NCBI GenBank assembly: GCA_965220995.1
Contig: OZ244856.1
Span: 680,623 to 744,622, forward strand
From: Acidimicrobiia bacterium
GTDB lineage: Bacteria; Actinomycetota; Acidimicrobiia; Spongiisociales; ZC4RG35
Direction of reading: 5' to 3'
DNA: 64,000 nt
A program made the position numbers and the translations under genes. Below are positions 60,203 to 64,000 of the stretch, in pieces (positions within the stretch are counted from its first letter, which is position 1; each line of letters begins with the position of its first letter). Under the pieces are notes generated by a model. The model did no database searches. It was given only the letters and a program-made list of their open reading frames with translations, and had not been told where the DNA came from.

Positions 60203-61042
60203 ATGTCAGAACAGTTCACCACCTCCGACGGCGTACGCATCGCCTACCACCAAGTGGGCTCAGGCGACCCGGCCATCATCTTTATTCACGGCGCCTACAG
60301 CAACCGCAGGGGCTTTGGTAATCAGGAAGAATATTTCTCGCCCCGCCACCGCTGCATCGCGGTGGACCTGCGCGGCCACGGGGACAGCGACAAACCCGAC
60401 GAGCCCCTCACCATGGACAAACACGGACATGACGTGGCTCAGTTGATCCGGCATCTGGGATTGGAGAAGCCCATCCTGGTGGGCCAGAGCATGGGAGGAC
60501 AGGTAATAATCTCCGTCGCCGCCCATTACCCCGACCGGGTGGGCACCGTGGCCAGCCTGGACTCACCCAGCAACATCCCCGGATGGCACCAGCGCTTTCA
60601 CGGCCCCTACGACCATCTGATGACCCCCGACGGCCCTTTCCGAGAGACTCTCATCGCCTTCTTGAGCGCCGCCTATCTCCCCACCGATCATCCTTCCCGG
60701 CTGGGGAAGATGGCAGAGCGATTGGCCGAGGTGCCCGACCATGTGATCCTCAACAGCTGGCTGGGCAAACGAGACTACGATCCCACCGAGACGCTCCGGG
60801 CGGTTCGCTGCCCCTATCTGTATATCGACTGCGGACAGCCCGACCTCGACCTGGAGCTTCTGCGCGAGTTGTGTCCCCAGGTGGTGATCGGAAAGACGGT
60901 GGGCGCCGGGCACAAGGCCCTGGCCGATGTCCCCGATCAGATCAACGCCATGCTCAACCGCTTCATCCAACACGCCGACGGCATCGCGGCCGAAATGGTC
61001 CGCACCGGCGGCGTCTTCCAATACAACTTCCCCAAGGTCTGA
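60203..61042 (+). CDS. Alpha/beta hydrolase, paralogue 2
   Basis: GQSMGG, GAGH; start 60203 gives the same 279 aa length as its neighbours. Confidence 0.93.
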   Translation: MSEQFTTSDGVRIAYHQVGSGDPAIIFIHGAYSNRRGFGNQEEYFSPRHRCIAVDLRGHGDSDKPDEPLTMDKHGHDVAQLIRHLGLEKPILVGQSMGGQVIISVAAHYPDRVGTVASLDSPSNIPGWHQRFHGPYDHLMTPDGPFRETLIAFLSAAYLPTDHPSRLGKMAERLAEVPDHVILNSWLGKRDYDPTETLRAVRCPYLYIDCGQPDLDLELLRELCPQVVIGKTVGAGHKALADVPDQINAMLNRFIQHADGIAAEMVRTGGVFQYNFPKV

Positions 61043-61162
61043 ACGCCGGCAGCCAGGGTCAAGAGCCGTCTTTCCTGCCAGGAGTGGCGGGGGAGCTTCC
61101 GATGACATCATGGAAGTTCGGGCCGCGGGCGAAACACGGTTCGGCAACTATCCTCGTATCCC

Positions 61163-62002
61163 ATGACTGAACGGTTCACCACCTCCGACGGCGTTCGCAT
61201 CGCCTACCACCAAATGGGTCACGGCGACCCGGCCATCATCTTCATTCACGGGGGATTCGGAAACCGGGGAGGCTTCGGATTCCAGGAGGAGTACTTCTCT
61301 CCCAACCACCGGTGCGTGGCGGTGGACCTGCGGGGCCACGGGGACAGCGACAAACCCGACGAGATATACACCATGGAACAGCATGGGGACGATGTGGCGG
61401 CTCTGATCGGGCACCTGGGCCTGGAAAAACCGGTGTTGGTGGGCCAGAGCATGGGAGGACAGGTGATCATCTCGGCCGCCGCCCGCCATCCGGAGATGGT
61501 GGGGGCGATCGCCAGCCTGGACTCGCCCAGCAACATCCCCGGATGGCATGACCGCCACCATGGTCCCTTCGACCATCTGATGACCGCCGACCAGGATTTC
61601 CGGGAAACCCTGCGCGGCTTCCTCAGCGCCTCCTACCTTCCCACCGACGACCCTTCGCGGGTGGATGGGATCAGCGACAGGCTGGCCGAGGTGCCCGACC
61701 ATGTGATTCTCAACGGCTGGAAGGGCATGATGGGTTTCGACGCCGGGCCCATCCTGGCCGGAGTGAAATGCCCCTATCTGTACATCGACTGCGGACAGCC
61801 CGACCTCGACCTGGAACTGCTCCGGGAGTTGTGTCCCCAGGTGGTGATCGGCAAACCGGTGGGCGCCGGACACAAGGCCCTGGCCGATGTTCCCGATCAG
61901 ATCAACGCCATGCTCAACCGCTTCATCCAACACGCCGACGGCATCGCCGCCGAAATGGTCCGCACCGGCGGCGTATTCCAATACAACTTCCCCAAGGTGT
62001 AA
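61163..62002 (+). CDS. Alpha/beta hydrolase, paralogue 3
   Basis: GQSMGG, GAGH; colinear with paralogues 1 and 2. Confidence 0.93.
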   Translation: MTERFTTSDGVRIAYHQMGHGDPAIIFIHGGFGNRGGFGFQEEYFSPNHRCVAVDLRGHGDSDKPDEIYTMEQHGDDVAALIGHLGLEKPVLVGQSMGGQVIISAAARHPEMVGAIASLDSPSNIPGWHDRHHGPFDHLMTADQDFRETLRGFLSASYLPTDDPSRVDGISDRLAEVPDHVILNGWKGMMGFDAGPILAGVKCPYLYIDCGQPDLDLELLRELCPQVVIGKPVGAGHKALADVPDQINAMLNRFIQHADGIAAEMVRTGGVFQYNFPKV

Positions 62003-62013
62003 CCCGCCGACCT

Positions 62014-63495
62014 CTACTTTTCGGCCAAAGCAACACCCAAACGCCTGGCCAACGCCTGATCGTGCTGCCCACCCACCGCCAAGAGGAAAAGGTCAAGCGG
62101 CATCTCCCCGACACCATCGGGGCTTTCCTCCGGGGGAAGAGCAATGGCCTGGTGGGCCACTACCAGATAGCAGTGCCCACCAAATCGAGGATGCTGTTCC
62201 ATGAATGACCGCAGGCCCGTCCGACCGTGCCTCCTTGACAAGGCGACTTCGAAGGCCATCGGCTGGCGCGGGTCATCGTAGATCAAATCCACCTCCCGGT
62301 TTCGGTGACGCCAATGAAACACCCTGATTCCATCCTGCCGACCGAGAGCATGCAGATGTGATGCGGCCAGATTCTCGATCAACTGTCCCTGGATGCTGCC
62401 GAGCTCTTGCTCAAAGGGCAGCCGCCTCAGAATGGCGCTGCGAAGCGCGGGATCCACCAAATAAAACTTGCGTCCGCGGCGTTGCTTGGCCGCCTCACCG
62501 GCCGAATAGTTCAAGAGAGGAAAAGCTAGAAAAGACCACTCCAGATAGGACAAATAGCTCTCGACAGTACGTGGCGTAACCGACAAGTCTCGGGCCAGCT
62601 TTTCGGGGGAAACCACCGTTCCCGTGCGATCCGCCAACAAATAGACCAAATTGTTCAGTCGAGAAGGGCCGGGTAAGGCCACCCATTGCTGGATGTCACG
62701 GTAAACCACCCTTTCCACACTGTCCGCTCGCAGCTTTCCCATCAAGTCGACCATGCGGCTTCTTCTCACTTGTCTGTCCCGGGGCCAGTAATCAACACCG
62801 GCTCCCAGCAGGAGTTCCGGGTAGCCACCCAACGTCAAGAGGCGATCTCTTATCTCCCTCGTCCGAGGAGGGACCCTGGCCTGCAGGCAATCGGAAAACG
62901 TCGCGGCCAGGTGAGTTCCGGTTTCGATAGGCTCCCCACTCCCCACCAGATCCATGGCCTCATTCAAAAGGCACGGCCCAAGATAGGTTTCGTCCCATCT
63001 TCCAATCTCGCTTTCCAGCCTGCCGCGTCTGAGAGCGGAGGCCGCACTGGCGCTGGCCACCAGTCGGATGGGAAGATGTTGGTCATAGAACTGCTTGAGC
63101 CACAAATCCCACATATCGGCAGAAACAAGCTCATCCAAGAACACGAAACTCGGATTGTCGAGCGTCGCCTGCGACCTCTTGATAAAAAACCTCACCAGCA
63201 CATCTAAACTGACGCTCCTGGCAAGAGGATGATCCAGCGACGCCCACCATATCCGGTGAGGACTAACCCCGGAGTTGATCAAATGCCGAACCGTTTGGTA
63301 CATGGTTACCGTTTTGCCGGTTCGCCTTGGTCCCAGAACGATTTGGAAACGGCGCAGCACATGGTCTCCCAAACGGGTCCAAAGCCATCTGCCCGGAATT
63401 CTCTCTCTGGGAGGCGCCATCCAGTCGGGCACCTCCCTCTGCCTGTGCCACGGGTTTTGTTGGCTGAGAATCTCCATCAAGGCCGGATCCACCAT
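62014..63495 (-). CDS. AAA_14 ATPase with DUF4143 domain
   Basis: QNPW, GPRRTGKT, FLDEL, GGYPE, KFYLVD, IENL, EVDLI...FEV. Confidence 0.9.
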   Translation of the reverse strand: MVDPALMEILSQQNPWHRQREVPDWMAPPRERIPGRWLWTRLGDHVLRRFQIVLGPRRTGKTVTMYQTVRHLINSGVSPHRIWWASLDHPLARSVSLDVLVRFFIKRSQATLDNPSFVFLDELVSADMWDLWLKQFYDQHLPIRLVASASAASALRRGRLESEIGRWDETYLGPCLLNEAMDLVGSGEPIETGTHLAATFSDCLQARVPPRTREIRDRLLTLGGYPELLLGAGVDYWPRDRQVRRSRMVDLMGKLRADSVERVVYRDIQQWVALPGPSRLNNLVYLLADRTGTVVSPEKLARDLSVTPRTVESYLSYLEWSFLAFPLLNYSAGEAAKQRRGRKFYLVDPALRSAILRRLPFEQELGSIQGQLIENLAASHLHALGRQDGIRVFHWRHRNREVDLIYDDPRQPMAFEVALSRRHGRTGLRSFMEQHPRFGGHCYLVVAHQAIALPPEESPDGVGEMPLDLFLLAVGGQHDQALARRLGVALAEK

Positions 63496-63515
63496 TAAGC
63501 ACCCTCCTGCGGTGA

Positions 63516-63540
63516 TATAACTGTTATAAGGGCCTATAAC
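63516..63540. promoter_or_regulatory. Triple TATAAC/GTTATA palindromic array upstream of the ATPase gene
   Basis: TATAAC-t-GTTATA-agggcc-TATAAC, 20 bp from the start codon. Confidence 0.55.
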
Positions 63541-63609
63541 TATAGCGGCATTACCGTTGTAGCGCCATTAGATGGAATCGATTGGCAGCGACCGCGGAGG
63601 ATACCGGCT

Positions 63610-63999
63610 TCAACCGGCGATGGACATGACCACCCCGGCGCCTACCAGGACGACTCCCAGCCATTGCAGACGGTGCAGGCGTTCCTTGAAGAACACCACT
63701 CCGCCGATCACCGCGATCACCCGGCCGCTTTGGGAGAGAATACCGATCAGCCAGGCGGGGGCGTTGGCCAGGCCGTACCCGAAGGAGATGAATGACACCG
63801 CGTCTATCAGTCCCACCATGATCAGAAGCCACCCCTTCCTCCAGGTGAACTTGGCCTGATCGGCGGCCTCCAGCGCAAAGGGTCCCCCTCCCCCGGGCCG
63901 GCGGCGGTGGTTCCTCCACCAGGAAACCGCCACGAACAGGATCGCCACATACAGCACCGTGTAGGCCCGCTGGGTGATGACAGTCAGGTTGGGATCCAG
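63610..63999 (-). CDS. EamA/DMT family transporter, 5' truncated by window edge
   Basis: Hydrophobic helices, FFKERL..LQWLGVVLV; frame open to window end. Confidence 0.85.
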   Translation of the reverse strand: MDPNLTVITQRAYTVLYVAILFVAVSWWRNHRRRPGGGGPFALEAADQAKFTWRKGWLLIMVGLIDAVSFISFGYGLANAPAWLIGILSQSGRVIAVIGGVVFFKERLHRLQWLGVVLVGAGVVMSIAG

Positions 64000-64000
64000 G

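Noticed and set aside
59075-62002. Diversity-generating retroelement or cassette-switching interpretation of the hydrolase triplet
   Set aside because: No reverse transcriptase or recombinase nearby, differences do not look adenine-specific, and all copies are intact with their own starts

Overview
GC-rich bacterial chromosome segment. The gene content (dnaK-grpE-dnaJ-hspR, ask-asd, GPP34, a standalone LigD-type polymerase, Cys-containing SLH surface proteins) points to an actinobacterium, most plausibly Acidimicrobiia; this is inference. Left to right: a peptide/nickel-type ABC transporter plus SDR; a five-gene corrinoid-dependent methyltransferase cluster; flavin monooxygenase/reductase genes; an McrBC/Fic/antitoxin defence patch; a hydantoinase/oxoprolinase operon with an embedded HEPN-MNT pair; tRNA-Gly(CCC); large SLH and beta-propeller surface proteins; DNA-repair genes; the heat-shock operon; central metabolism genes; and three tandem alpha/beta-hydrolase paralogues bracketed by two AAA_14/DUF4143 ATPases. 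Signals the ORF track misses: (1) a UGSC-motif selenoprotein read through an in-frame TGA followed by a SECIS-like hairpin, coupled to a CxxC fusion protein (35884-37883); (2) a promoter-bearing structured intergenic RNA candidate shaped like 6S/Ms1 RNA (about 51428-51665); (3) decayed toxin-antitoxin remnants; (4) AT-rich palindromic elements upstream of both DUF4143 ATPases. No CRISPR array, rRNA, transposase or integrase was seen. All calls come from reading motifs by eye; no searches or folding programs were run.
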